Notes under the pieces: generated by a model | The model's database searches: none | What the model was told of the DNA's origin: nothing | What the model saw: the letters and a program-made list of their open reading frames with translations, nothing else | Translations under genes and position numbers: made by a program | Shown here: in pieces, positions 48,143 through 57,355 of the stretch | How positions within the stretch are numbered: position 1 is the stretch's first letter | Layout of the letters: each line of letters begins with the position of its first letter | Origin: Acidobacteriota bacterium | GTDB taxonomy: Bacteria > Acidobacteriota > Thermoanaerobaculia > Multivoradales > UBA5704 | Assembly: GCA_040005235.1 (NCBI GenBank) | Contig: JBDTZG010000001.1 | Span: 160,001-224,000 of the forward strand | DNA length: 64,000 nt | Reading direction: 5' to 3'

Positions 48143-48152
48143 ATCGTACACT
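48143..48152. promoter_or_regulatory. Overlapping divergent -10 boxes (bidirectional promoter)
   Basis: ATCGTACACT contains TACACT (+, 48147-48152) 9 nt before GTG 48162 and TACGAT (-, 48148-48143) 9 nt before ATG 48133. Confidence 0.5.
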
Positions 48153-48161
48153 CTGCGCCGC

Positions 48162-49487
48162 GTGCTCCCTTCCCTTCGCTTTCGCTCGATCCGCTCCTGC
48201 GGGATTGCACTCCTCCTCGCCGGTCTGATCGGCCGGGCTGAATCGGCTCGCGGCGACCAGGTCCGTCTGCTCGACACGGTGCTCGAAGCCGCGGCCTCGC
48301 GGGTCGAGGGGGCGATCGGTGCGAAGAAGGAAATCCTCACCTCGGCGTTCATCGTCGGCGACGATCCGTTCTCGCTCGGCGCGCTCGCGCTGCTGCGCGA
48401 CGCCGCCCGGCGCGGCATCTCGGTCAAGCTGCTGATCGACAGCCAGTGGAACAAGATTCCGGTCGCGGTTCAGGCGCACCTGGTCGACGAGGGAATCGAA
48501 ATCCGGACCTACCATCCGTTCGTCTGGGGCAACCTCCACTGGCTCACCCGCCGCCTTCACGACAAGCTGGTCATCGTTGACGGCGAGCTCTTGATCGCCG
48601 GGGGGCGCAATATCGAGAGCCCGTATTTCGGCCTCGGCCCTGCCCAGATGGGGGTGCGCAACTATCTAGATTGCGACGTCGAGGTCCGCGGCGCCCTCGC
48701 GGCTGAAGCGCGCGACTATTTCCTCTTGCTGTGGAACAGTCATCACGTCAAGAAGCGCAACCGGCCGGCCTCTCCGGCGGCGAAGGCCGAAGCCGCGCGC
48801 CAGCTCGACGCCTACCAGGCGTGGCTCGACGCGCGGATCGCCACCGCCCGCAAGGCGGGCATTCCGCTGCTCGACGCGCCGACTCCGGTCGAGCACCTCC
48901 GCTTTCTCCACGACCCGATCGGCCGCAAGGATCAAGAGCGCGGAGTCGGCCCGGAGCTGCTCGCGCGTTTGGAGTCGGCGCGGGTTTCGATCGCGATCGA
49001 ATCGCCGTACCTGATTCCCACCCGCGCGTTTCGCCGCGGCCTGGCGCGGGCTCTCGAACGAGGGGTCAAAGTGCGAATCCTCACCAACTCGCTGTCGACC
49101 ACCGACAACCTCTGGGCGCAGGCCGGCTACGTCGGCAGCGAGCGCCGGCTGGTCCAAAGCGGCATCGAGCTGTGGGAGTACCACGGCGAAGAGAGCCTGC
49201 ACTCGAAGGTTGCGGTGATCGACGGCCGGTGGCTGGTCGTCGGCTCGTTCAACATCGATCCGCGTTCCGAGTATCTGAATTCCGAGATCGCCGTCGAGGT
49301 CGACAGCCCGGAGCTTGCGGCCGCCGAGCAGGAGGTGATGGCGACTCACCTCGCCAGCTCCTGGCGGATCGACGAACGGGGCCTGCCGGAAGGGGCGACC
49401 GAGCGGTTTCCCGGCGTGCCGAAGGCGAAGGTCAGAAAGCTCCGCTGGCTCAAACTGCTCGCGCCGTTGATCCGCAGCCAGCTGTAA
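48162..49487 (+). CDS. Phospholipase D family protein (cardiolipin synthase ClsC/YmdC-like)
   Basis: Two HKD motifs: LHDKLVIVD..GGRN and LHSKVAVID..GSFN.DPRS. Also TNSLSTTD and an N-terminal signal-like hydrophobic stretch. Start codon uncertain. Confidence 0.88.
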   Translation: MLPSLRFRSIRSCGIALLLAGLIGRAESARGDQVRLLDTVLEAAASRVEGAIGAKKEILTSAFIVGDDPFSLGALALLRDAARRGISVKLLIDSQWNKIPVAVQAHLVDEGIEIRTYHPFVWGNLHWLTRRLHDKLVIVDGELLIAGGRNIESPYFGLGPAQMGVRNYLDCDVEVRGALAAEARDYFLLLWNSHHVKKRNRPASPAAKAEAARQLDAYQAWLDARIATARKAGIPLLDAPTPVEHLRFLHDPIGRKDQERGVGPELLARLESARVSIAIESPYLIPTRAFRRGLARALERGVKVRILTNSLSTTDNLWAQAGYVGSERRLVQSGIELWEYHGEESLHSKVAVIDGRWLVVGSFNIDPRSEYLNSEIAVEVDSPELAAAEQEVMATHLASSWRIDERGLPEGATERFPGVPKAKVRKLRWLKLLAPLIRSQL

Positions 49488-49490
49488 ACG

Positions 49491-49520
49491 AAAACCGGCC
49501 GATCGTTGCCGATCGGCCGG
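49491..49520 (-). terminator. Intrinsic terminator between convergent PLD and di-heme genes
   Basis: CCGGCCGATCG-TTGC-CGATCGGCCGG 11-bp stem with an adjacent AAAA (U-tract on the - strand). Confidence 0.75.
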
Positions 49521-49565
49521 GCAGAATTCGACGTGAGCGATGCGATGGCGCTCTGTTGCGCTCGT

Positions 49566-50795
49566 TTAGAGAGAGTTCAGGAAGGCGATCAGCTGGTTCT
49601 TCTGGGTCAAGCTCAGGTTGATGTAGTTGTTGATCACCGGATTCGCTTCGCCGAAGTGCGCGAGGATCGCGTTATTACGCGTGAAGGAGATCGTGTCGTG
49701 CATCATGCGCGAACGCGTCCGTAGGCCCCAAAGCGGCGGGGTGCGCATTTTGGTGAGCGTGCTCTGGCCGCCGTTCTGGACGATGAAGTCGCCGGTGCCG
49801 ACGTCGTGGAGCATGAAGTCGCTGTAGGGGTGGATGATCTTGTCGCCGAGCGCCGGCGGGATGGTGAACTTGCCGCCGTTGACGATCGTTCCGGCCGGGG
49901 CCGTGGTGATCGATGTCCGGTGGCAGTTGGCGCAGCCGATGCTGGTGAACAGGTTGGAGCCGGTGATCGCGTCCGAAGTGGCCGCGGCGACCGTGTCGCG
50001 CGGCGGGGCTTTGGTCGCGCGCATGAAGCGGGCGAAGAACTCGACGTCGGGACCGAACGGCTCGGTCACGGTGGGCGCCTCTTCCGGATCGGGAACGGTG
50101 TCATACGCCGCGACCGAGACGCCGTTGCTGGTGTTCTCCGTCGGCTGGAGCGGGCTGGTGATGCCCATCTCGTTCAAGTAGGCATCGGCCGAGAACGACA
50201 GCAGGCTCGCGTGCTGGTTCTTCCAGCCGAAGCGCGCGACGCGCGTCTGGCCGGGAGCTTCGCCGACCGGCACGTTGATGATCTGCCCCTTCATGCCGGA
50301 AGGCTGGGAGTTGCGGATCGTCGTGAACGTCGCGTCGGCGATCGCTTCGACGAAGCCGTCGCCGAGAAGGTTGAGCGAGGAGCGGAAGTCTGCCACGTTG
50401 TCTTCGCCCGCCACGCGCTCTTGGATCGCCGCGTTGATCGCGCGGTCGTTGATCAGCGAGCCGCCCGGCCGATCGGTGAACGTGAAGCCGTCGTAACGGC
50501 CGACCCGCAGCTCGGTGATCTGGCTGGTGCCGCCGGACACCGGGGTCTGGTGGCATTCGGCGCAGGCCTGCGCGTTGTACAGCGGACCGAGCCCGTCGGC
50601 GATGTCCTCGCGCCCTTCGAACGTCTCGCGATCGAGATCGAAGGTCGCCTGCGACGTGAAGCCGTTGGTGAGATTGTCGAATCCGGCCGGGGCCTCGGTG
50701 GCGGTGATCGCGTTGATCAGCGGTACCGACGCGAGGGCCGCTGCGATCCCAACCGGGATCGAAAGCCGCCGAATCCACTTCGTCGCTCTGCTCAT
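49566..50795 (-). CDS. Secreted di-heme oxidoreductase (DHOR/thiol oxidoreductase family)
   Basis: GLGPLYNAQACAECH and GCANCH heme motifs, RFGWK, PYSDFMLHDVG, MRTPPLWGLR, signal peptide, and RBS AAGGAGA before ATG 50795. Confidence 0.88.
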   Translation of the reverse strand: MSRATKWIRRLSIPVGIAAALASVPLINAITATEAPAGFDNLTNGFTSQATFDLDRETFEGREDIADGLGPLYNAQACAECHQTPVSGGTSQITELRVGRYDGFTFTDRPGGSLINDRAINAAIQERVAGEDNVADFRSSLNLLGDGFVEAIADATFTTIRNSQPSGMKGQIINVPVGEAPGQTRVARFGWKNQHASLLSFSADAYLNEMGITSPLQPTENTSNGVSVAAYDTVPDPEEAPTVTEPFGPDVEFFARFMRATKAPPRDTVAAATSDAITGSNLFTSIGCANCHRTSITTAPAGTIVNGGKFTIPPALGDKIIHPYSDFMLHDVGTGDFIVQNGGQSTLTKMRTPPLWGLRTRSRMMHDTISFTRNNAILAHFGEANPVINNYINLSLTQKNQLIAFLNSL

Positions 50796-51039
50796 GTCGC
50801 TTCTCCTTCTACGGTAACGCACCGGAGGGATGGATCCCCGGCGGAAGCGCCCTTGGCGGGCGGACCTTCGCGGGGCGACCGGGCGCGAAAACACAAGGCT
50901 CACGCGGGACCGAGACAAATCGGGCTGAATTAGGTAAACGAGCGTCTGATATTTAAGGGTGCTCGGCACAGCGTAAACGGGACAGTGAGACGCGCGATTT
51001 CTCTGCGAAGTTTTACCGAGCGGGTAAACTCCCCTTCCG

Positions 51040-52701
51040 ATGGCCCTCCCCTCGACCGAACCCCGCCTCGCGCTCGACTACGTGTCGCCCCTGCCGCCGG
51101 TGCGTTCGGGGATCGCCGATTACTCGATGGACCTCCTGCCGAACCTCGCGGCGCGGGCCGACGTGCGGGTTTTCGCCCTGGCCGACCAGCCGGTGGCGCC
51201 GGAGGTGAGCGCGGCCTGGCATCCGGTGCCGACCGATTCGATCGAGCACCCGGTGGGAGAAGGAGGCCGGCTGCCGCTCTACCACATGGGCAACAACCGG
51301 TATCACTTCGAGGTGCTGCGCCTCGCGCTCGAACGTCCCGGCGTGGTGGTGCTGCACGACCTCTTCCTCCATCACCTGCGGCTCGACTCAACCCTCGGCC
51401 GCGAGCGGGGCCGGGAGGATTTCGATCTCTACTGCGAACGGCTGCGCCAAGACGAAGGCTGGATCGGCGAGGCCGCCGCCTTGGTCAAGCGCTGGAGCGC
51501 CTACGGCGAGGCTCCCGTGTTCGCGCTGCCGGCGCGGCGCACGCTGCTCCGGCGCCAGCGCGGCGTGCTGGTCCACGGCGAATGGGCCGCGCGCGAGTTG
51601 CGCGAGGAAGACCCGGGGCTCCGGGTACGCGCGGTGCCGATGGGCATTCCGCTACCGCCCGAAGCCGACGCCGAGGCGGGCCGGCGGTTCCGTGCCCGGT
51701 ACGGTCTGCCGGAGGCGGCGCCGCTGCTCGGCTCGTTCGGTTTCCAGACTCCGATCAAGCGCACCGGCGCGGCGATCGAAGCGCTTGCCGCCCCCGGCCT
51801 CGAACGGGTCCACCTGCTGATCGTCGGCGAATCGTCGGGCCTCGATCTCGACGGGCTGGCGCGCGCGGCGGGGGTCGCCGAGCGGGTCACCCACCTCGGC
51901 TTCCTGCCGTACGACCAGTTCGAGGCGGCGATCGCCGCCTCCGATCTCTGCTTGAACCTCCGCTATCCGACCGCGGGCGAGACTTCGGCCTCGCTGCTCA
52001 GGGTGCTCGCGGTCGGCCGGCCGGCGATCGTTTCGGATTACGCGCAGTTCGCCGAGCTGCCGGAGGAGATCGCGCTCAAGGTACCGCCGGGAGAGGGGGA
52101 GGCCGCGGCCCTCGCGGCGGCGCTCCGGGAGCTGCTCGGCCGACCGGAGCGATTGCGCGCCATGGGAGAGGCGGCGCGCGAGCACGTCCGGACTCACAAC
52201 GATCCGGCGGCGGCGGCGGACGCGATCGTCGCCGCCTGCCTGGAATGGCGTTCGTCCCCGCCGCTTGGAGGTCCGGGGGTCCGAGGAGACGGCGAGGTGC
52301 AAGGGGCCGCGCCGCCGGCACCGACCAGCCTGACCTGGCACGAGTTTCCGGGCGACCTTTCAGTCGAAGGCGCCGAATTGCCGTGGGCGCCCGGCGAACG
52401 CCGCGAGCTGACGATCCGGCTCGCGAACAAGGGCTTTGCCCGCTGGCTCGGCGGCGAGCGCGGGCCGGGAGGTCTGGCGCTGGTGATCAAGCTGTTCGAC
52501 GGCGGCGTGGGGGGCGAGGATCTGCTCTCCGATCGCCACTGGTTGCCGCTGCCGCGCGATCTCGATCCGGGCGAGGAGACGTCGTTTCGAACCGAGATCC
52601 GCCGACCGCCGGGGCCGGCCCGGCTGCGTATCGAGCCGCACCTGTTCGGCAGTCTCGGATTCTCGCGCCTCTCCGGCCCCTGGTGGGAGCGCGACCTGTG
52701 A
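51040..52701 (+). CDS. Glycosyltransferase family 4 (GT-B) with C-terminal extension
   Basis: SPLPPVRSGIADYS, YHMGNN, VVLHD, NLRYPTAGETSASLLR, GRPAIVSD. Confidence 0.88.
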   Translation: MALPSTEPRLALDYVSPLPPVRSGIADYSMDLLPNLAARADVRVFALADQPVAPEVSAAWHPVPTDSIEHPVGEGGRLPLYHMGNNRYHFEVLRLALERPGVVVLHDLFLHHLRLDSTLGRERGREDFDLYCERLRQDEGWIGEAAALVKRWSAYGEAPVFALPARRTLLRRQRGVLVHGEWAARELREEDPGLRVRAVPMGIPLPPEADAEAGRRFRARYGLPEAAPLLGSFGFQTPIKRTGAAIEALAAPGLERVHLLIVGESSGLDLDGLARAAGVAERVTHLGFLPYDQFEAAIAASDLCLNLRYPTAGETSASLLRVLAVGRPAIVSDYAQFAELPEEIALKVPPGEGEAAALAAALRELLGRPERLRAMGEAAREHVRTHNDPAAAADAIVAACLEWRSSPPLGGPGVRGDGEVQGAAPPAPTSLTWHEFPGDLSVEGAELPWAPGERRELTIRLANKGFARWLGGERGPGGLALVIKLFDGGVGGEDLLSDRHWLPLPRDLDPGEETSFRTEIRRPPGPARLRIEPHLFGSLGFSRLSGPWWERDL

Positions 52702-54584
52702 ACGAGCCCTCACAAACCGGAATGAGTGCCATCGAGCGTTTCGGCTGGGTGGTCCTGTTCGCCTTGCTCGCGGCGGTCCTGGTCGGTACGGCGACGTTTT
52801 CCCGCGCGGGCCGGCCATCTCTGGTCGGCGACGAGGCGACCTACGCCATGCAGGCGGCGTCGCTCGCGTTCGATTTCGACTTGGAGTACAGCCGCGCCGA
52901 CTACGATCGCTTCGTCCGCGAATGGGGTGGCGCTCCGGACGGGCTGATCCTCGAGAGCCGCAACCTGGCCGCGACGTCGAAAGCGCCGCGCGCCCTCACC
53001 TACGGCAAACCGGTCGCCTACGCACTGTTCGCCGCGCCTTTCGTGCGCGCGGCCCCCGTGCGCGGCCCGCTGATCGCCAACGCCCTCGCTTTGGCGCTCG
53101 CGTCATGGCTCGCGGCCCGCACACTCCGGCGGCGCCTCGGCGCCGTGGCGCCGATCTGGGTGGCGGTGTTCGTGTTCGCCTCGGTATCGTTCGGCTATGC
53201 GTTCTGGGTTCACGCCGACCTGTTTCTGTTCGCCGCGGTCGCCGCGGGCTTCGCGGTCGCCTATGGCGGCAACGATTGGGGGGAGTGGGGAGAGAGCCGG
53301 CGCCGCGATACGCCGATGCCGGAGATCTACGAAGGCGAAGAGACGATCCCCGCGAGCCGTACGTTCTGGCGCTTTTTCGCCGCCGGGCTCCTGCTCGCCA
53401 TCCCGGGCTCGTTTCGGCCGTTCTATCTCGTTCTTCTGCTCCCCGCGGCGATGGCCGTGCCGAGATCCAAACGGATGGCCGGCCTCGGCGGTCTCGCGCT
53501 CGGCGCGCTGTTGCTGCTCGGCGGCGTAGGGACGATCCAGGTGGCGGCCGGCGGCAGTTTTACCGGTTACGGCGGCGAGCGGCAAGGTTTCTACCCGCGC
53601 ACCGGTTATCCGGAGGTGGATTTTCCCGCGAGCGATTGGGAACGCTCGATCAAAAGATGGGGCAATACCTCGTGGACGCAGGAAGGGGCGATCACCCCGA
53701 GCCCGGATCTCAAGCTTTGGGGCTGGAACGCGATCTATTTGTTGATCGGCGAAAACATTGGCGTCGTCCCCTACTTCTTGCCGATTCTTCTCGCGCTCTT
53801 CGCCTACTCCGGCGACCGGGGGCGACGGGCGATCCCGCTCGCGGTGGCGGTCGCCGCGCTCTGCTTCCTCGCGATCCGGCCGTTCAATTTCTACGGCGGC
53901 GGCGGGGCGATCGGCAATCGCTATTTCCTGCCGCTCTATCCCGCGCTCTGGTTTCTCGCCGGCCGACCGCTCCGAGGCCGCGCGGGAATCGGCGCGGCAG
54001 CGCTGATCGCGGCCCTGGCCGCCCCTTTCCTCTGGCCGCTCTGGACCCATCCGCGGGCGTTTCCGATCGCGCCGGACGGCCGCTATGCCCATACCTCCGC
54101 GATCGCCCGCGAGCTGTTGCCTTACGAGACCACGCAGAGCCACGTCCCCGGCGGCCAGGATCTGTCCGCCCACGGCCTCTGGCTCAAGTTTCTGGACGGA
54201 CCGGCGGGCCAACGCGACGGCCGCGCCTACGTCGAGGGTGACGGCAAAGGCGAGATCCTCCTCGGCAGCCCGAAGCCGCTCTCTTCCGTCCTCGTCGATC
54301 TCGCGCCGAACGCCCCGAGCACGCTCGAAGTGAGCGGTGGAACGTTCGGCGAAAAGATCCTCCGGCCGGATGGCGGCATCGCCTACTTTGTCCACCTGAA
54401 CAGCCCGCGCGCGGTCCACCCCATGTGGTGGACCGACGACCCTTGGAGCCTTTATCGCCTCTCGCTCCAGCTGCCCGGGGGTAAAGGAAAGATCGGCTTC
54501 GACCTCGAACCCGCCGAAGAGGAAGGCGGCCAAGAGCAGAAAGGCCCGTTCATCATTCATCGCCACACACCGGGTCCGGGGTAG
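52698..54584 (+). CDS. Polytopic membrane protein, probable GT-C superfamily glycosyltransferase
   Basis: GTGA coupling to the GT4 stop. First-loop GDEATY acidic motif, many TM helices, GNRYFLP, and a soluble C-terminal domain. The ORF-track start at 50985 is an overlap artefact. Confidence 0.7.
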   Translation: MNEPSQTGMSAIERFGWVVLFALLAAVLVGTATFSRAGRPSLVGDEATYAMQAASLAFDFDLEYSRADYDRFVREWGGAPDGLILESRNLAATSKAPRALTYGKPVAYALFAAPFVRAAPVRGPLIANALALALASWLAARTLRRRLGAVAPIWVAVFVFASVSFGYAFWVHADLFLFAAVAAGFAVAYGGNDWGEWGESRRRDTPMPEIYEGEETIPASRTFWRFFAAGLLLAIPGSFRPFYLVLLLPAAMAVPRSKRMAGLGGLALGALLLLGGVGTIQVAAGGSFTGYGGERQGFYPRTGYPEVDFPASDWERSIKRWGNTSWTQEGAITPSPDLKLWGWNAIYLLIGENIGVVPYFLPILLALFAYSGDRGRRAIPLAVAVAALCFLAIRPFNFYGGGGAIGNRYFLPLYPALWFLAGRPLRGRAGIGAAALIAALAAPFLWPLWTHPRAFPIAPDGRYAHTSAIARELLPYETTQSHVPGGQDLSAHGLWLKFLDGPAGQRDGRAYVEGDGKGEILLGSPKPLSSVLVDLAPNAPSTLEVSGGTFGEKILRPDGGIAYFVHLNSPRAVHPMWWTDDPWSLYRLSLQLPGGKGKIGFDLEPAEEEGGQEQKGPFIIHRHTPGPG

Positions 54585-54670
54585 GCCGGGCGCTGTGGGA
54601 GCTTCAGATCTCTCCCGTGCCCTGGGCTTCGGTCTTCGGTGGTAGCCTCGGCTCAAAGGGGAGGATTGAA

Positions 54671-55159
54671 ATGTATCCAGCGGAAAATAAGAATTGGTGG
54701 GGGCGGAATTGGAAGTGGTTCGTTCCCACCGGCTGCATGACCCTGATTTTGCTGGTGGGGGGCTGCTTCGGCTCGGTTCTCATGGTGGCTTTCACCGCAA
54801 TGAAATCGTCCGATGTCTACAAGGACGCGCTCGTCAGAGCCCAGGCCGATCCGGAAGTCGTCGCGGCGTTGGGCAGCCCGATCACGACCGGTTTTTTCAC
54901 CAGCGGCAGCATCAACACCAGCGGTCCCACCGGGGACGCCGCCTTTTCGATCCCCCTCTCCGGCCCCAAGGGTAAAGGCACCATCCAGCTCGAAGCCAAG
55001 AAGTCCGCCGGGGAATGGACTTTCACCACCCTGGTGGTCGATGTGAAGAATCCGCCCCAGCGAATCGATCTTCTGGCGAAGTCCCAGAAGGAAGAACCCG
55101 CGGAGGAAGAGCCCGCGCCGGACCAACCCGAGCAGAGCGACTCTGCGCCGAATACCTGA
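54671..55159 (+). CDS. Cytochrome c oxidase assembly factor Coa1 family protein
   Basis: WWGRNWKWFVP, one TM, then KSSDVY..AL...LGSPI..G...SIPLSGPKGKG..W. RBS GGAGGA. Confidence 0.75.
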   Translation: MYPAENKNWWGRNWKWFVPTGCMTLILLVGGCFGSVLMVAFTAMKSSDVYKDALVRAQADPEVVAALGSPITTGFFTSGSINTSGPTGDAAFSIPLSGPKGKGTIQLEAKKSAGEWTFTTLVVDVKNPPQRIDLLAKSQKEEPAEEEPAPDQPEQSDSAPNT

Positions 55160-55229
55160 GGCGGGATCGTCTCTAGGTCTTCGATTCCTGTCACCGTAGA
55201 AGCGCCGGCCGCTAGTCGCGGGGGCGCTT

Positions 55230-56396
55230 TTACGCGGCCGGGGCCGACGGGGCGAGCCCCTGATTCGGAAGCAGGCCGCGGAGAAAACCCTCGCCGGGGA
55301 GGCACCAGATACCGTCGATACGCAGCCGCTCCGTGCCGCGATAGATCAGCAGGGCCTCGGCTTCCGGATAGTCTTCGCGGAAGGCCCGCAACGCCCGCAG
55401 ATCCTGCGGCCGAACGCGCGTCGTGTTTTTGACCTCGATAGCCGAGAAGCCGCTTGGGCCGTAGACCACGAAATCCACTTCGACGCCCTTTCGGGTGCGC
55501 CAGAAATAGAGCTTGGAGTCGATTTCCGAATAGGCGATCCACGCCCGCAGATGTTGCGCGACGAGCCCTTCGAATGCTGCACCTTCGATCTCCTCGTCGC
55601 GGTCGAGGGGACCTCGCGGACGCAGCGATCGGTAGACCCCCGCGTCGAAGAGGTAGAACTTGGGATGACTTGCGGTCCGGCGCTGCGCGCGGCGGGTGAA
55701 GACCGGCACGTGGAATGCCAGCAGGAGATCCTCCAAAACTTCGAGATAGCGCGCCACGGTACGGCGCTCCACCTCGCACTCCCGCGCCACCTCGGTGGTG
55801 TTGAGGATCGAACCGTGGGAGAAGGTCACGGCCTCCAGGAAACGCGCGAAACTCCCGGCGTCGCGAGCCCAGCCTTCGAGTCGAACCTCCTGATCGAGAT
55901 AGAGCGATGCGTAGGAGTCGAGAACCTCCGTCGGCCGAGGCGCCGCCCACACGAGGGGAAGCATCCCCTGGACAAGCGCCCGGTCCAGCGCGAAGCTGGG
56001 GAGCTCAGCCGCCATGAAGGGATGCAGGGTCCGGTTGAGTGCCCGGCCCGCCAGCAGGTCCACCCCGCCGCGGCGCAGCTTGCGCGCGCTTGATCCCGTC
56101 AGCACGAAACGCCGTTCCTGGCGTTCCTCGATCAAAGAATGCACGACGCTCAGCAGCTCGGGGACCCGCTGCACCTCGTCGAGGATCACCACCTCCGCGT
56201 GCGGCGAACCGGCGACGATCTCCGCCAACCGTTCGGGACGGGCGTCGAGAGCGCGATGTACCTCCGGCTTGAGCAGATCGATCAGCAGCGCGTTGGGGAA
56301 GACCTGCCGCAGCAAGGTCGATTTGCCGGTTCCTCGCGGTCCGAAAAGGAAGAAGCTCTGGTCAGGAAGGGGGAAAAACCGGCGCAGGATATCCAT
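55230..56396 (-). CDS. AAA_14 ATPase with C-terminal DUF4143 (PD-(D/E)XK-like)
   Basis: Walker A GPRGTGKS, Walker B VILDEVQ, LTGSSARKL, PKFYLFDAG, FEGLVAQ, FWRT..G.EVDFVV..AIEVK. Confidence 0.9.
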   Translation of the reverse strand: MDILRRFFPLPDQSFFLFGPRGTGKSTLLRQVFPNALLIDLLKPEVHRALDARPERLAEIVAGSPHAEVVILDEVQRVPELLSVVHSLIEERQERRFVLTGSSARKLRRGGVDLLAGRALNRTLHPFMAAELPSFALDRALVQGMLPLVWAAPRPTEVLDSYASLYLDQEVRLEGWARDAGSFARFLEAVTFSHGSILNTTEVARECEVERRTVARYLEVLEDLLLAFHVPVFTRRAQRRTASHPKFYLFDAGVYRSLRPRGPLDRDEEIEGAAFEGLVAQHLRAWIAYSEIDSKLYFWRTRKGVEVDFVVYGPSGFSAIEVKNTTRVRPQDLRALRAFREDYPEAEALLIYRGTERLRIDGIWCLPGEGFLRGLLPNQGLAPSAPAA

Positions 56397-56525
56397 TTTG
56401 CGGCTCAAATCGGAATTGGCAAGTCCATTTTGCCCCCTTGGGGGACAGGTGTCAACCCGAGATCCCCGGAGATGGCTGCTTCAAATGACGGGGAAGGGCG
56501 ACGGAGGCCGCCGAGGTGCCGGTCA

Positions 56526-57176
56526 TCAGGCCGGGCGTTCGTCATCCCCGAATTGAGCGGCCTGCCACAGGTCCTGGAATTTCTCGCGCACGTAGGGATT
56601 GAGTGACAGAGCGAAGTTTTCATCGACCGCGTTTTGCCGGATCAGCTCGATCACGTCCGCGAGATCTCTCAGCCGGTGCGGAGCGGTCATGCCGGAGGCC
56701 AACTTCAGCTCGATCAGGGTCGCGAGAGGCAGCAACGCGAAACGCTCGCCGCGCACGGCCGCTTTCAGTGGATCGGGGAATGCAACGGGCTTTTCCTTGC
56801 CGTCTCCGGGAAAATCGCCGGTGAGCAACACGTCGATGTCGACGTTCTCGGTGGCGTCCCGCAGCCCTCTGCTTCCGGGGAATTTCTCTACGTAACCGCG
56901 TCCGAGATAAGCCTTTTTGAAAGCTTCCAGATCCTCGCGGCGCAGCAAGACGTCGACGTCGCTGGTAGTCCGTTGGTAGCCGTAGGCATTGAGAGATAAT
57001 GCGCCGACGATCGCATAGGGAATCTTCAGCGCCGTCAGACGATCCACCAGACGCGTGAGCGCCCCATGCACATTGGACTTGTTCATGAAAAACCTGCCCG
57101 CTTCCCGGGCGCCTTCCACAAACCGCTCTTCGACTTGATGGCTAAGTCGGTCGATTCGGGGCGGTGAGCAATCCAC
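56526..57176 (-). CDS. Pol-beta-like nucleotidyltransferase (AbiEii/DUF6036-like)
   Basis: IPYAIVGALSLNAYGYQRTTSDVDVLL (G..A...RxTxDxD), VDIDVL, LIELKL..R.RDLADVIEL. TAGAAT -10 box and AGAGGA RBS upstream. Confidence 0.75.
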   Translation of the reverse strand: MDCSPPRIDRLSHQVEERFVEGAREAGRFFMNKSNVHGALTRLVDRLTALKIPYAIVGALSLNAYGYQRTTSDVDVLLRREDLEAFKKAYLGRGYVEKFPGSRGLRDATENVDIDVLLTGDFPGDGKEKPVAFPDPLKAAVRGERFALLPLATLIELKLASGMTAPHRLRDLADVIELIRQNAVDENFALSLNPYVREKFQDLWQAAQFGDDERPA

Positions 57177-57290
57177 GGGAATCCTCTCGTCGGCATTCTA
57201 GCCGCAATGCCGTTTAGGAGCCCAATCTGGGCTGTCCACTTTATCTCTCAGATCTGCGATCGGGATCGCCCAGCCAGTGCGACGAAAACG

Positions 57291-57323
57291 AGAAAAGGCC
57301 GGCGGCACCCAGCCGCCGGCCTT
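57291..57323 (-). terminator. Intrinsic terminator
   Basis: AAGGCCGGCGGC-ACCCA-GCCGCCGGCCTT 12-bp stem with an A-run on its left, 32 nt beyond the stop of the 57356 gene. Confidence 0.8.
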
Positions 57324-57355
57324 CCAACCTTCATCCCACCCAACAGGCCGGTCGC

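Noticed and set aside
50796-51039. Possible riboswitch or ncRNA in the divergent intergenic region
   Set aside because: No recognisable aptamer consensus. The AT-richer patch is explained by promoters.
50985-52697. N-terminal half of the 1199-aa ORF as a fusion protein
   Set aside because: It is the off-frame shadow of the GT4 gene. The real membrane protein starts at the GTGA overlap at 52698, or at ATG 52722.
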